Shown: positions 41,069 through 53,420 of the stretch, one piece after another
Layout of the letters: the number at the start of each line of letters is the position of its first letter
Numbering within the stretch: the first letter of the stretch is position 1
Origin: Eledone cirrhosa
Lineage: Eukaryota
DNA length: 64,000 bases
Assembly: GCA_964016885.1 (NCBI GenBank)
Contig: OZ024740.1
Span: 176,638,001 to 176,702,000, forward strand
Direction of reading: 5' to 3'
Position numbers and translations under genes: made by a program
The notes under the pieces: model-generated
Told to the model about the DNA's origin: nothing
Database searches by the model: none
Seen by the model: only the letters and a program-made list of their open reading frames with translations

Positions 41069-41787
41069 AACATTAATTACAACGAGTCACACGTTTAGCT
41101 TTCGTCTAGATATGCCTCTCTCTCTCTCTATATATAAACATACGCTCACGGAATATGGTTAAATTATAATAAAATAATAAGATCGTAATCCATTTGAATG
41201 AAGTATTGAATAAAGTATTTGAATGAAGAAAAAATATTGTTCGATAGTCTAAGGGAAGTAACTATATATTATTTTCTTATAGTTACCTCCCCTACTTGAT
41301 TTTTATTTCCTTTTATGCTTATAAAATTAGGTTTAGTAATTTTCATTTTAATCAGGCGTATTATAAAGTCCTACTGGATATCTATAGTCAACTATATCAG
41401 TGCTTGTATGTATTGGTCGTAATTCTATTATGATATAGGCCACAATATAAAATTTCGAGAGAGAAAAATTCCAGCCTACTGCTGCTGAAATATTAGTTTT
41501 TGATTTAGCCACAAAACTAGTAAAGTTGGAGGAATAGCAAAGTTGATTAAATCAACCCAAGTACTTAACTGATACATTATTTAGTCGAGCCTGGAATGAT
41601 GAAAAACAAAGTTAACTTCGGTGGGATTTCAAGTCGGAATGTAACAACTGTTGCTAAATTAGTGAAAATAAAAAAAAATGTTTTAAAGTCCTATATATAA
41701 ACCTCTTGCCCACGAATGAAACACTTGCCCACGAATACAATACAATATCCGGTTCAGAAATTGAACCTACTCTCTTAGGATGATGAG

Positions 41788-41908
<121 letters not shown>

Positions 41909-41946
41909 TATATATATATATATATATATACGAGCTCGTATATATA

Positions 41947-41981
<35 letters not shown>

Positions 41982-42079
41982 TTATTTATTTATATATATA
42001 TATATATACGAGCTCGTATATATATATTTATATATAAATATATATATATATATATATAAATACCTTTAATGACTTTGAT

Positions 42080-42790
42080 AGGATTCAGCCAGTATTGCCC
42101 CGAGCCATGTCTAACTTACTATCACTACCTGGCGAACTCTTTCAAATTAGGATTTAGACACCGTAGACCATTGAAGTAAGGAATTGTTGTTTTCGGAGCC
42201 ATATCCGGCTGTAGGAGGCTTATCCAGAATATCTTGAAGGAATTTGTCCAAATCGTTTTGTAATTCATGGGATCTGTTTCTGTTTATATATGGTTTGGTG
42301 ACATATTAAAGAGAGCGGGAACAGTTGAGATGAACTAATTGTTCCGTAATATTGTTCCGACATTGTGTAGTGGACAGAAATCACGTGGTCCAACCCTTAG
42401 GTGTATGGCAAAGATGATGCCAACATCATTTGGGCAATGTTGATGGAATTCTTTTTTTGTGATTGACATTTGGGGTGCTTCAATTTTCATAATACATTGT
42501 TTCGTGTGGAGAGACTACAGCGGACAAGAAGATTCAAGGTGGAGCCGGGCAATAGTAGAGAAAAGGAAGCTAATGGTGTAGATGTCTCTCGACTGGAGAG
42601 TCCTGTGAATCCATTCGGCAGTCCATGTCAACTTTGTTGTTTGTATGAGTAGGAAAGCTTATGTTGTTATCAACAAATATTCCCAGGTATCTGATGTTAT
42701 TGGATAACACGAGGATGTCACACGAGGGAAGAGAGAGAGTGATAGTTTCAGTGCATCCGCTTTTCCAAAGCCGATTAGTAAGAATTTATT
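42080..42790 (-). mobile_element. CR1/L2-group LINE 3' fragment
   Basis: NKFLLIGFGK..IRYLGIFVDNNISF..WIHRTLQSRD..IMKIEAPQ; CPNDVGI..PALFN..DLDKFLQDI.DKPP. Confidence 0.75.
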
Positions 42791-42811
42791 AAATATATAT
42801 ATATATATATA

Positions 42812-43009
42812 AGGAAGGAAGTGTGGCAAGGAACCAAGTGGACCATAACGCATCAGAGTACTCGATACTTAGGATAGTAGAGTGGGTAATAGGAAGAGAG
42901 TCAGGACCTCGACGGCTGAGCTCCGGCCGTTTCGACAGCTAGATCAGAACCCTGATCTAGCTGTCGAAACGGCCGGAGCTCAACCGTCGGGTCCTGACTA
43001 TTTTCCTAT
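42812..43009 (-). mobile_element. Family F fold-back element
   Basis: Tail on the left; hairpin centred ~42949; CGAAACGGCCGGAGCTCAGCCGTC. Confidence 0.85.
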
Positions 43010-43095
43010 TTGTATATATAGATGTCTGTGTGTCTGTATGAGTATGTGTGTGACAGGGAGAGAGAGGTGGTTAGTGAGAGAGGTGGAGAGAGAGG

Positions 43096-43181
<86 letters not shown>

Positions 43182-43291
43182 TCGTATATCTAAAGATATA
43201 CAGTATGTTTAATAAATGAACAATTTGAAAGCCCAGCTATGAATATTGAAAGGTTGATAGCCAGCGGCGTCTAGCGGATTCCATCAAACTG

Positions 43292-43333
43292 CTGTCTATG
43301 AGCATTTCGAGCTTCTGGCTCTCATCAGAACAG
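43292..43333 (-). ncRNA. Canonical minimal type I hammerhead, probably in a Penelope 3' end
   Basis: CTGTT-CTGATGA-GAGC cagaa GCTC-GAAATG-CT-CATA|GACAG; upstream on the same strand a possible GIY-YIG end (..LANEPNINN). Confidence 0.8.
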
Positions 43334-43750
43334 TGCTTCCCTGCTTTCTGCTGGAACTTGAAAACAGTATAGATTTTCACCTGTGATGGTCTAGAATAAG
43401 ATTATTAATGTTCGGTTCATTTGCAAGCAAACAGCCTCATAACTCCACTGACCTAATCTTTTTGTTCTAGCGGTGGCAGAGAGAAAACGATCATCAATTG
43501 TTTCGGAGTTAATCTTTTCAGTTGCAAATCATTGGGTTAGTGGCAAATTTGCTATTATTTGTAATATAGTCTTGTCCTTTGCCCATTTGTTACTGTCTCT
43601 TGTTCACTAGAACCAGCCGTATTGACCTTAAAAGACCGAAATAACGTATCTTTAACAGTCAGCTGATGAGATGTGATTACTCTCTGTATTCGTACAATTT
43701 TTCATTCGCCCATTCTTTTATTCTTATATATATATATATATATATATATA

Positions 43751-43879
43751 ACAAAAAAAGTGTGATAAGAAACAAGGTGGACCATAACGGACCAGAGTAC
43801 TCGATACTTAGGGTTGTAGACTGGGTAATAGGAAAAGAGTCAGGACCCCGACGGCTGAGCTCCGGCCGTTTCGACTGCT
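43751..43879 (-). mobile_element. Family F element, truncated just upstream of GAAAC
   Basis: Same tail and 3' junction as the other F copies. Confidence 0.85.
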
Positions 43880-43982
43880 TATACGATATTGTTACGAGGT
43901 AACATTTTGAGGATAAGCCGGTCCGAGTGATATAAAAGCACTTTACGCCAGTAAAACAATTATGGTAAAATAATCCCGTCTT

Positions 43983-44120
43983 AACTACTCGGCCCTTTAC
44001 GGTCTGAGTTCAAATCCCGCCGAGGTTAACTTTGCCTTTCATCCTTACGGGGTCGATAAAATAAAGTACCAGTAATGTACTGGTAATTGCTGGCCTTGTG
44101 CCAAAAGTAGAAATAATTAT
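43983..44120 (+). mobile_element. SINE S1, 5'-truncated
   Basis: B box and core. Confidence 0.9.
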
Positions 44121-44188
44121 AATTTTTCTTCCTAATAATCGTCTTTTTCTCCCTTTTGTCATATATATATATATACATATATATATGC

Positions 44189-44258
<70 letters not shown>

Positions 44259-44288
44259 GCATATGTGTGTATATATATATATATATAT

Positions 44289-44346
<58 letters not shown>

Positions 44347-44435
44347 GCATATGTGTGTATATATTTATATATATATATATATATATGCATATGTGTGTAT
44401 ATATTTATATATATATATATATATATATGCATATA

Positions 44436-44518
<83 letters not shown>

Positions 44519-44586
44519 AATTAAGTTAAAAAAGCATATAACGATATGTGCTTTTACGATTCTCTAGAAAGGCCGGAAGATAGGTA

Positions 44587-44631
44587 AATATTGCTGATGA
44601 GTTGTAACAACAACGAAACTAGTTCAATATT
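44587..44631 (+). ncRNA. Intact minimal type I hammerhead, unit 1
   Basis: AATATTG-CTGATGA-GTTGT aaca ACAAC-GAAAC-TA-GTT|CAATATT; palindromic AACTAGTT. Confidence 0.88.
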
Positions 44632-45051
44632 CCTTGTCTGGCTTTCTGGAGAATAGAGGAAAGGTGTTTCCTCAAAAACCAGTATGACTCTAAAAACCGG
44701 TTTGTCTGTGTGTTTACATACAGAATAGCTGGACACTCACAGTAAAGTGACCAGTGAAAAACTTGGTACATCTACATATGTATACGTGTGTGTATTCATA
44801 TGCATACTAGTATTTCAGTATACATATGTGGATGTACATTTTTAACTTAATTGTTTAAGCGTCAGTCATACAAAAGTGAGTTACAAACGAAACGAAATTT
44901 AATTTCGTTTCGTTATTTGTTTTTATCGTCTCCGTTGAACCGGTACGTACTCACGCTCTATGAAATTAGTCTGCACACTACTAATTTTCATAGAAAAAGC
45001 ATATAACGATATGTGCTTTTACGATTCTCTAGAAAGGCCGGAAGATAGGTA

Positions 45052-45096
45052 AATATTGCTGATGAGTTGTAACAACAACGAAACTAGTTCAATATT
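45052..45096 (+). ncRNA. Intact minimal type I hammerhead, unit 2
   Basis: Identical to 44587-44631. Confidence 0.88.
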
Positions 45097-45516
45097 CCTT
45101 GTCTGGCTTTCTGGAGAATAGAGGAAAGGTGTTTCCTCAAAAACCAGTATGACTCTAAAAACCGGTTTGTCTGTGTGTTTACATACAGAATAGCTGGACA
45201 CTCACAGTAAAGTGACCAGTGAAAAACTTGGTACATCTACATATGTATACGTGTGTGTATTCATATGCATACTAGTATTTCAGTATACATATGTGGATGT
45301 ACATTTTTAACTTAATTGTTTAAGCGTCAGTCATACAAAAGTGAGTTACAAACGAAACGAAATTTAATTTCGTTTCGTTATTTGTTTTTATCGTCTCCGT
45401 TGAACCGGTACGTACTCACGCTCTATGAAATTAGTCTGCACACTACTAATTTTCATAGAAAAAGCATATAACGATATGTGCTTTTACGATTCTCTAGAAA
45501 GGCCGGAAGATAGGTA

Positions 45517-45561
45517 AATATTGCTGATGAGTTGTAACAACAACGAAACTAGTTCAATATT
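45517..45561 (+). ncRNA. Intact minimal type I hammerhead, unit 3
   Basis: Identical to 44587-44631. Confidence 0.88.
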
Positions 45562-45849
45562 CCTTGTCTGGCTTTCTGGAGAATAGAGGAAAGGTGTTTC
45601 CTCAAAAACCAGTATGACTCTAAAAACCGGTTTGTCTGTGTGTTTACATACAGAATAGCTGGACACTCACAGTAAAGTGACCAGTGAAAAACTTGGTACA
45701 TCTACATATGTATACGTGTGTGTATTCATATGCATACTAGTATTTCAGTATACATATGTGGATGTACATTTTTAACTTAATTGTTTAAGCGTCAGTCATA
45801 CAAAAGTGAGTTACAAACGAAACGAAATTTAATTTCGTTTCGTTATTTG

Positions 45850-45919
<70 letters not shown>

Positions 45920-46015
45920 TGGGGGAGAGAGGAGAGCGAGAGAAAGTTAGAGAGAGTGGAAAGGGATGGACAGTGTACAAAATAGGGACAAGTCTCTCTT
46001 CGTCCTTTCACTTTT

Positions 46016-46545
46016 CTCTGAGTGATATCTTATCTATATACTTTATCCATTCATTGAGATGTTTAAGTATTAGATACAAATTAACCTTTTAATTAATATT
46101 AACTACTCCGTAATTTATTGAGTTGTGTCAGACGCTTTTCTAACAGCATTATAATGCTGTCGTATAGTCAATATTTAGAAAAAATTATCATTTAATAGTT
46201 CAACAAAACATGTCTTGAAAAGCAAGCTGCCTCGGCAATGGAACGGTATGTATAATTTCATGATCAATATAGCCTATTAGTCTTGAAGAATAACTCCCCT
46301 GAATAGTATTACGGATACTTTCAATATTGATTATTCCAATAATTTTCTTCTTTCGTAAATGAAACCATGGTAGGGAGAAGATTATATAAGTGAGACACAC
46401 TTAATTTTTTTTGTCTGGCTTATACACTCATTAATAGAGTTGTTTTCACTTAAATTTAGTATGTAGTAATACTTCTCTGAATGATATCTTATCTATGTAT
46501 TTGATTCATTCATTGATATGTTTAAGTATTACAGACAAATCTCAA
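46016..46545. repeat. Diverged ~65-bp direct repeat at ~460-bp spacing (1.15 units)
   Basis: tctga(g/a)tgatatcttatctat...atgtttaagtatta at ~46017 and ~46476. Confidence 0.7.
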
Positions 46546-46558
46546 TCTTTTAAATTAT

Positions 46559-46593
<35 letters not shown>

Positions 46594-46826
46594 AATATAC
46601 ATATATATATACATATATATATATATATACATACATATATATATATATATTTATATATATATATATGTGTATGTATATATATGTATATTTATATATATAT
46701 ATGGGTGTGTATATATATACATATATATATATATGGGTGTATATATATATATATATATATACATCCATATATATATATATACCCATATATATAAATATAC
46801 ATATATATACATATATATATATAAAA

Positions 46827-46915
<89 letters not shown>

Positions 46916-46929
46916 TATATATATAAATA

Positions 46930-46996
<67 letters not shown>

Positions 46997-47441
46997 TATA
47001 TAAATAGTGTGTGTGTGTTTATGTGTGCGTGAGTGTGTGTTTATGTGTGCGTGTGTGTGTGTATGTTTATGCATGTGTGTGTGCGGGCGTGTTGGAAAAT
47101 GTCAAATGAAATATGACACCTTTGTGAAGACACTTTGATTTATTAATATGTCAGATCTTAACAACAAAAGAGCAAATGTGCAGCATGCCAACGCTTAACA
47201 CGAATATACAGACATACACAAGCATACACACATACACACATATACACAAGCAGACACATACACCATGTGTTTGTTTTTCAGGCATCTTAGCAACAACAAA
47301 CCTGTAATACTTTATATTTTCTTTCATTTTTTCTCTTTTTTTATGTATCTTTTTGTATTTGTCAGTATTATCTGTATTGATTTAGTTTGTGTTTTTTATA
47401 TTGTTGTTTTAAAATTCCCTCGTTTTATATACTTTATAACC

Positions 47442-47525
<84 letters not shown>

Positions 47526-47634
47526 ACACACACACACACACACACACGCACACACACACACAAACAAACAAACAAACACAAACATATGCACTGACCCCTA
47601 ACACACACGCGGTCGCGCGCGCACACACACACGC

Positions 47635-47682
<48 letters not shown>

Positions 47683-47693
47683 ATATGTATATA

Positions 47694-47743
<50 letters not shown>

Positions 47744-47745
47744 TG

Positions 47746-47801
<56 letters not shown>

Positions 47802-47803
47802 CA

Positions 47804-47898
47804 TAGGGTGTCCCCAAAAATGTAACACACTTTGATTGTCTGTATAGGCAATATTTATTAGAATGTTGTTGAAGTGTGTATACATTTTTGGGGATACG

Positions 47899-47901
<3 letters not shown>
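47804..47901. mobile_element. Tc1/mariner-type MITE
   Basis: Imperfect ~29-bp TIRs agggtgtccccaaaaatgtaacacactt / aagtgtgtatacatttttggggatacgct; TA context. Confidence 0.75.
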
Positions 47902-47946
<45 letters not shown>

Positions 47947-48337
47947 ACAAACACACACATATAAAGCTTACTCTTAAATGTCTCGTCTTTAAAATGATGA
48001 CCTCTGTTATACTGAAGCAATCACACACAAACATGTTTCCTATATATATATAAATATATGTATTTCAAATGTGTGGGTCCCTATGTAAATGACCATAATA
48101 AACTTATATCATAATAAATATTATCTGAAAAAAATGTGTAAATACCCCTGGAGACGAAAAAAATTAGTGGACAGCAGTGTCTCCATATATGACCCACAAA
48201 TTTATCTAGTGCCATGTGAATGCCTTAAACACTAATCTAAAGAGCCACTAGCAACTATTTCCGTCTTTTTAGAAGATGTCATGTCTGTAGCTAAGTGTGT
48301 AATCAAAGCAGTTGACTTAAGAAGCATTAGGAACATA

Positions 48338-48512
48338 AAAATAATTGTTTCTACTTTTGGCACAAGGCCAGCAATTACCCAGTGCATTACTGGTACTTTA
48401 TTTTATCGACCCCGTAAGGATGAAAGGCAAAGTTCACCTCGATTTGAACTCAGACCGTAAAGGGAGGTAACTATGCTGGAAAGAATGGCGTCCGACCCTC
48501 TCCCGATACTGC
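48338..48512 (-). mobile_element. tRNA-derived SINE S1
   Basis: B box and core. Confidence 0.9.
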
Positions 48513-50571
48513 GTAGTCGATCATTACAGATAAGAGTTTAGAAAATCGACTAACGTCTCTCTGGAAACAGAAAAAATTGAACAGAGGCGCCTGCGATAAA
48601 TCGAACTCAGATTTTCTCAATTATTATTCATAGTGATTCACTATAATTATGGTAATTTGCGCTGGAACTCACACATTAAAAATATCAAATTTTTCCAATG
48701 CTTCTTCAGCCAAACGCTTTGTGTGCATATAGATATTTTTTATAAATAGAGAATAGCTTTTCTTTCAAACATGTTATAATAAAAATACCTTTGTATTTAA
48801 GTTTGATCTCTTTTAGTAAGAATTTTTCATATTTTCTCATTAGACTTTTATGTTTGATTTGAAGCAGCAGCGTTTCCCAATACATGATTCTATTGTCATT
48901 TTGAGACCTTCACAACCAGGTCAACAAAGTATGATCTGGTGTTATACACAACAGTAAGAACTGTAACGACCGAATAAACTAATACACACACATGTATGTG
49001 CAAGCGCGTGTGTATGTATGTGTGCGTGTACCTGTTTATATTTATATTAATATATTCTATCAGCGTAACGCACTGATGATTGAATAAAGATAGACATTCG
49101 TAATAAGTACATAGATATGTTGAAGCCATCTATAATAGCATTCTGCTTATCCCGATATCTGTTCGAATGTTACGCTTTAAAAAAACTTAAGTAGAAAAGA
49201 AAATTGTCTTTCACATAATAAAACAATGTACTGAAGATCGATAATTTATACATTAAAACATGACCATTTATAAACATCGAATATCCATGAGTAACGCTCA
49301 TTAAAAGAGATACACTCGAGAAAATGGGTGAATAAATATGCATATTACACTTTAAAAAAAACACAAAAAACAAAACAATTTAATATTATTTTTTTATCAG
49401 CAACAAGTCTACTGACAAATTAAAACGACACATCATTTGTTTGCAAGTAGATAGCAACTGTTTGAGTTTGCATTCTTCCGTCTTTAGCTTACTGAATAAT
49501 TTACTCAACAGTGAAGAATTATACAGAAAATCAAATTCCGGGCATTGTTAAGCTGCTGAAGGTCAAGAATGCTAATTCGGAGTAAATTGTAAGCAATTTT
49601 ATTCCAATAGCAAAATGAATACGTAGTTCGATCTTCGTCAATAAATGTGTTGTTCTTTTTGATCGCAAAGTCATGGAATAGTGGAAATATGTAAGATATA
49701 GGGACTGAAAATAAATGCGGAATAAATTTAGATGAAATTTGTAATATTTTGAAAAAAGCTGCTGGTAAGAGGAATTTGAGCTAGAACATATACCCCAAAA
49801 GAACCTCGTCAAATACTCAAACAATTTCGCGAATCCACCGCTAAGAAATGGTAAGTAATTCTTTGAGTTCGAAAAGATTAAAGGTAAATATGTTTTCGAT
49901 GGAATTTGGACCTAGAGCGCTGGGGGCTGGAGGCTTGTACAAATATCATAAGACATTTTATCCGACTTTAACTCACAGCCGCTAAACAACTGTAAATGTG
50001 TAATTATGGTAATGATACTGATTTCTAATAAAGGTGCACGGTCATCAGTTTTGAAGAAAGAATAGGAGACCGAATTATCCCTAGGGAGTGATTGGTCCTA
50101 CTTTTAATCGATCACGAAAGGATAAACGCCGATGTCAAACTTGATAAGATTTGAACTAAATCGTAATGTTTTCTGATTTAAGCAGAAGGCTAACTATTTT
50201 GTGGGGAGAGAAAGTCGATTAAATCAACTCCAGTGCGTTATTGGTACTTTATGTGTCTGTCTACCTGTGTGTATGTATGTGCTTGTGTCTTGCTTGTGTG
50301 TTTGTATATTTCACTGTGCTAAATATATAGTTTACTTATATGAAATAAATAATTTTCTATATAGATGATAAACACAAACACAAGGATATGGTCCGAACGT
50401 GGAAGGGCCGAACTCCTACTGTCATCACCTCCATCTCTCTAAGCCCTCCCCATCTCTCTGTATGGTGAGCAAATGGGGTCTCACGTGCTGGCCTCCCCAC
50501 AGCCTCGGCGGACAGAATGGAGAATGTGTTTTCGCGGAGGAAGGTAAGGGAGATGCCCTAGAAGAGCCATT

Positions 50572-50695
50572 ATGTTATCGACCACGTAAGGTTGAAAGGC
50601 AAAACTAACCTCGGCGGGATATGAACTCCGAACGTAAAGGGCCATAACTCTATGCCACGAAGTAGGGTGTCCGACACTCTACCAATACAGCCAAT
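50572..50695 (-). mobile_element. SINE S1, diverged partial copy
   Basis: Head and core homology. Confidence 0.75.
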
Positions 50696-51118
50696 GCAGT
50701 GACTTACAATGATGGACGTAAAGCTAAGCAACATTAAAAAAAGAAACAAAACAACAAGGAATGAATGACACATTGGGTAAAGTTGTCGTAGACAGAGGAG
50801 AGAGGGAAAGAGAGAGCGTGAGAGATAGTTTGATTAATTAAGCCATTAAAATAAAGGTCTACGTTTTCCTGCACCCCGATAATATTTAAGCAAAGAATGT
50901 TTAACCAGATACCAATCTTGAACTCAAATATCAATATAGGACTGAAGGAGACAATGAATGAAAACACAACACACACACACACACACACACATACATACTC
51001 TCGCTCTCTCTCTCTCCCTCGCTTTCTTTCTCTCGCTCTCTCTCTCTCCCGCTCGCTCGCTCTCTTTAGGTTTCTCTGTCTTCATGTTTGTTTGTATGCA
51101 TGTCTCTCTCTTACTCTG

Positions 51119-51159
<41 letters not shown>

Positions 51160-51258
51160 TACTCTGTCTCCCCCCTCCCCTCTCTCTCGTAGTAATACAC
51201 GTCTGGGTAAGACGTAGAGCGAAACACAAAACCCCTCGCAATCCCCCCCTCCTCTGAC

Positions 51259-51317
51259 TACATTGTTCTACCGAATACATTGTTCTACCGAATACATTGT
51301 TCTACCGAATACATTGT

Positions 51318-51377
<60 letters not shown>

Positions 51378-51378
51378 G
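51259..51378. repeat. 17-bp tandem repeat (TACATTGTTCTACCGAA x3.7) running into (CTAT)n
   Basis: Units at 51259, 51276, 51293, 51310. Confidence 0.95.
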
Positions 51379-51637
51379 ATGGACACACGCGTATAACTTG
51401 CTGAGTAAGTTCTGTTTAAATTTTCTATAGAAATTCTTGTCTGATAACTTTAATTTTTGTACCATTTTGTAGAGGGACTGCTAGGTCAAACTTTGATCTG
51501 GTCAGTCTCTCAAAATATTCTACGCCTTTAGGCGAAATAGTTAAACAAAAAAAAAAAAAGTTTTTTCTTGTTGAAAAGTCAATATTTTTTTAAATGGCCG
51601 AAGCTTCTTCACCAAAATTCGAAGGAGGAAAGGGAAG

Positions 51638-53396
51638 ATGAACTTACAGCTTCCCCCTGCCACTGTCACAGTAGCAGAGGTCAAGAAGAAAGGTCAGCCA
51701 GAGGAAGAATTCTCTCCACCTGTTAACCGACAACTTGACGTTGCCATGGCAACAACCCAAAGAACCAGCAGCAACAGCAACAACAACAACAACAATGCGA
51801 CGGACGAAAACAACACCAATAACAATAACAATAACAACAACAACAAGACCAATAACGGTGACAACAACAACAATGATAACAACAACACCACCAACGACAA
51901 CAACAACACAAACAAACAAAATTTCTCCTTCGCCGAGACGACAAGGAAAACCCTCGACTATCTGCCAGTAGATATAACAAAAGCGAAGGAGCTACTGGCG
52001 GATGCGAAAAAATATATAGTGTACGGAGAAAATGGTTCATTCACAATCCATTCCCCACCCCCCACCGGAACTAAAAAGCCAGAGACTCCTAAACACGGTC
52101 ATGTTTAGGACAATCTCGAACAAAAGTAAAAAACCAGCTCAACCATCACAGAGCGAGATAGAGCTGGTGTTAAAAGACGTCATGAAGGACATCACCTTCA
52201 TTCAGAAGGATAGACTCTACGGGAGTCTATCCATTCTCATGAAGGACAGGGACACAGCAGTGAAACTGTCCATCAAACCAATCACATCCACCGCATACAC
52301 CTTCTACCCTACGTACATGGGTAGAAGAACACAAAAAATAAAAATCCACACCATCCTGCCGATTATGGGCATATGGTGGGTTTTGACAGGTTTTCTGGAC
52401 CTGGAGGATGACATGCTAGTGTCCATGGGAAAGGCATCGGGTGACGCGTTCAGTGGAACGAGCCTCGAACTTGTAGTTCAAATGAGGCCCGAAAGGATCG
52501 CCCAGATCCCTGAACGCGTCATACTGGATGATCTAACCTTCATCAACATTACCGTTGAGGGTAGACGGCCCTCGTGTTACCTCTGCGGAACCAGAGGTCA
52601 CCTGAGGGCTGTCTGTCCCCAACTTAATAAGAAAACCCCAATCCTGCCTACACCACCAACAACTGCACAACCAACACAATCACCACAACTACCACTACAA
52701 AAACAACCACCACAGCTCAAACCGAAACAAAACAATGTCCAACCCATCCCCTCCACTCAAAAAACAAAAACAATTTCCAAAACACCCGTACCGCAAACAC
52801 AACCCGAAAATATACCCCTCCCCTCCAACGCGGAAGATGACCCTAGTTCGTCGTCAGACGAGGAGGAGCACTTCCACACAATCAAAAGAAAAAAAAGAAA
52901 ACACACCTCAGACACACAAATGAAAAAAAACCCTCCCCAAAACATAACACTGACACCAACACAAAAGAGCTCACAACAACAGCAAACAAAAAACACCACA
53001 CAAAAACAAAAACATGCATACACATACATAAATACAAGAAACAAAAAACTGTTAAACATTGTGTACAACAACAATCTAATAAAAACACAAGGGCCTAACT
53101 TCACCCAGGCAGGGGATTTCCCCCACCTCAAAATGATTAAGGCCCCACAGGACACCTATAAAACTTTAAAAAACAATTTTAAAGAGGACGTGGGTCCCCC
53201 CTGCGTCGGGCCCATTAACCGCGTCCTCCTAAAAAACTATCCCACCCCCTCCCCAAACACCCACACAACTCCAAGCTCCCCAACCACACAACACACTGAT
53301 GCCCCCACACTTCCACAAACCACCACCCCACCCAACAACCCATCCCCCACCCTAATGGAAATTGTGCAGCCCGATACCCGGGACGCAGAGAGGTAA
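51638..53396 (+). pseudogene. LINE ORF1 (gag-like, single CCHC knuckle), split by a 1-nt frameshift
   Basis: ORFs 51638-52108 and 52032-53396 join if one C is removed from the C6 run at 52058-52063; CYLCGTRGHLRAVC knuckle. Confidence 0.85.
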
Positions 53397-53420
53397 GTGC
53401 CTTTTCTATTCACCACCAAC

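Larger units (their letters stand above)
44514..45856 (+). mobile_element. Retrozyme-like tandem array: 465-bp unit x ~2.85, apparently identical copies, 19-bp inverted 5' piece, in (TA)n
   Basis: Period 465 (identical ORF-track hits at 44554, 45019, 45484); 44514-44532 is the reverse complement of 44839-44857. Confidence 0.92.

Noticed and set aside
43663-43700. Isolated CTGATGA motifs (also near 26081, 34531, 40200, 49073)
   Set aside because: No in-register GAAA, helix II/III or stem I could be drawn.
44554-45666. Three identical 60-aa minus-strand ORFs
   Set aside because: Non-ATG start, antisense to the hammerhead, and not conserved in the homologous 429-bp family; a by-product of the tandem repeat.
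49730-49870. Possible exon ending ATG|GTAAGT, or a Crypton-like remnant
   Set aside because: Stops in all frames nearby and similarity too vague to support.
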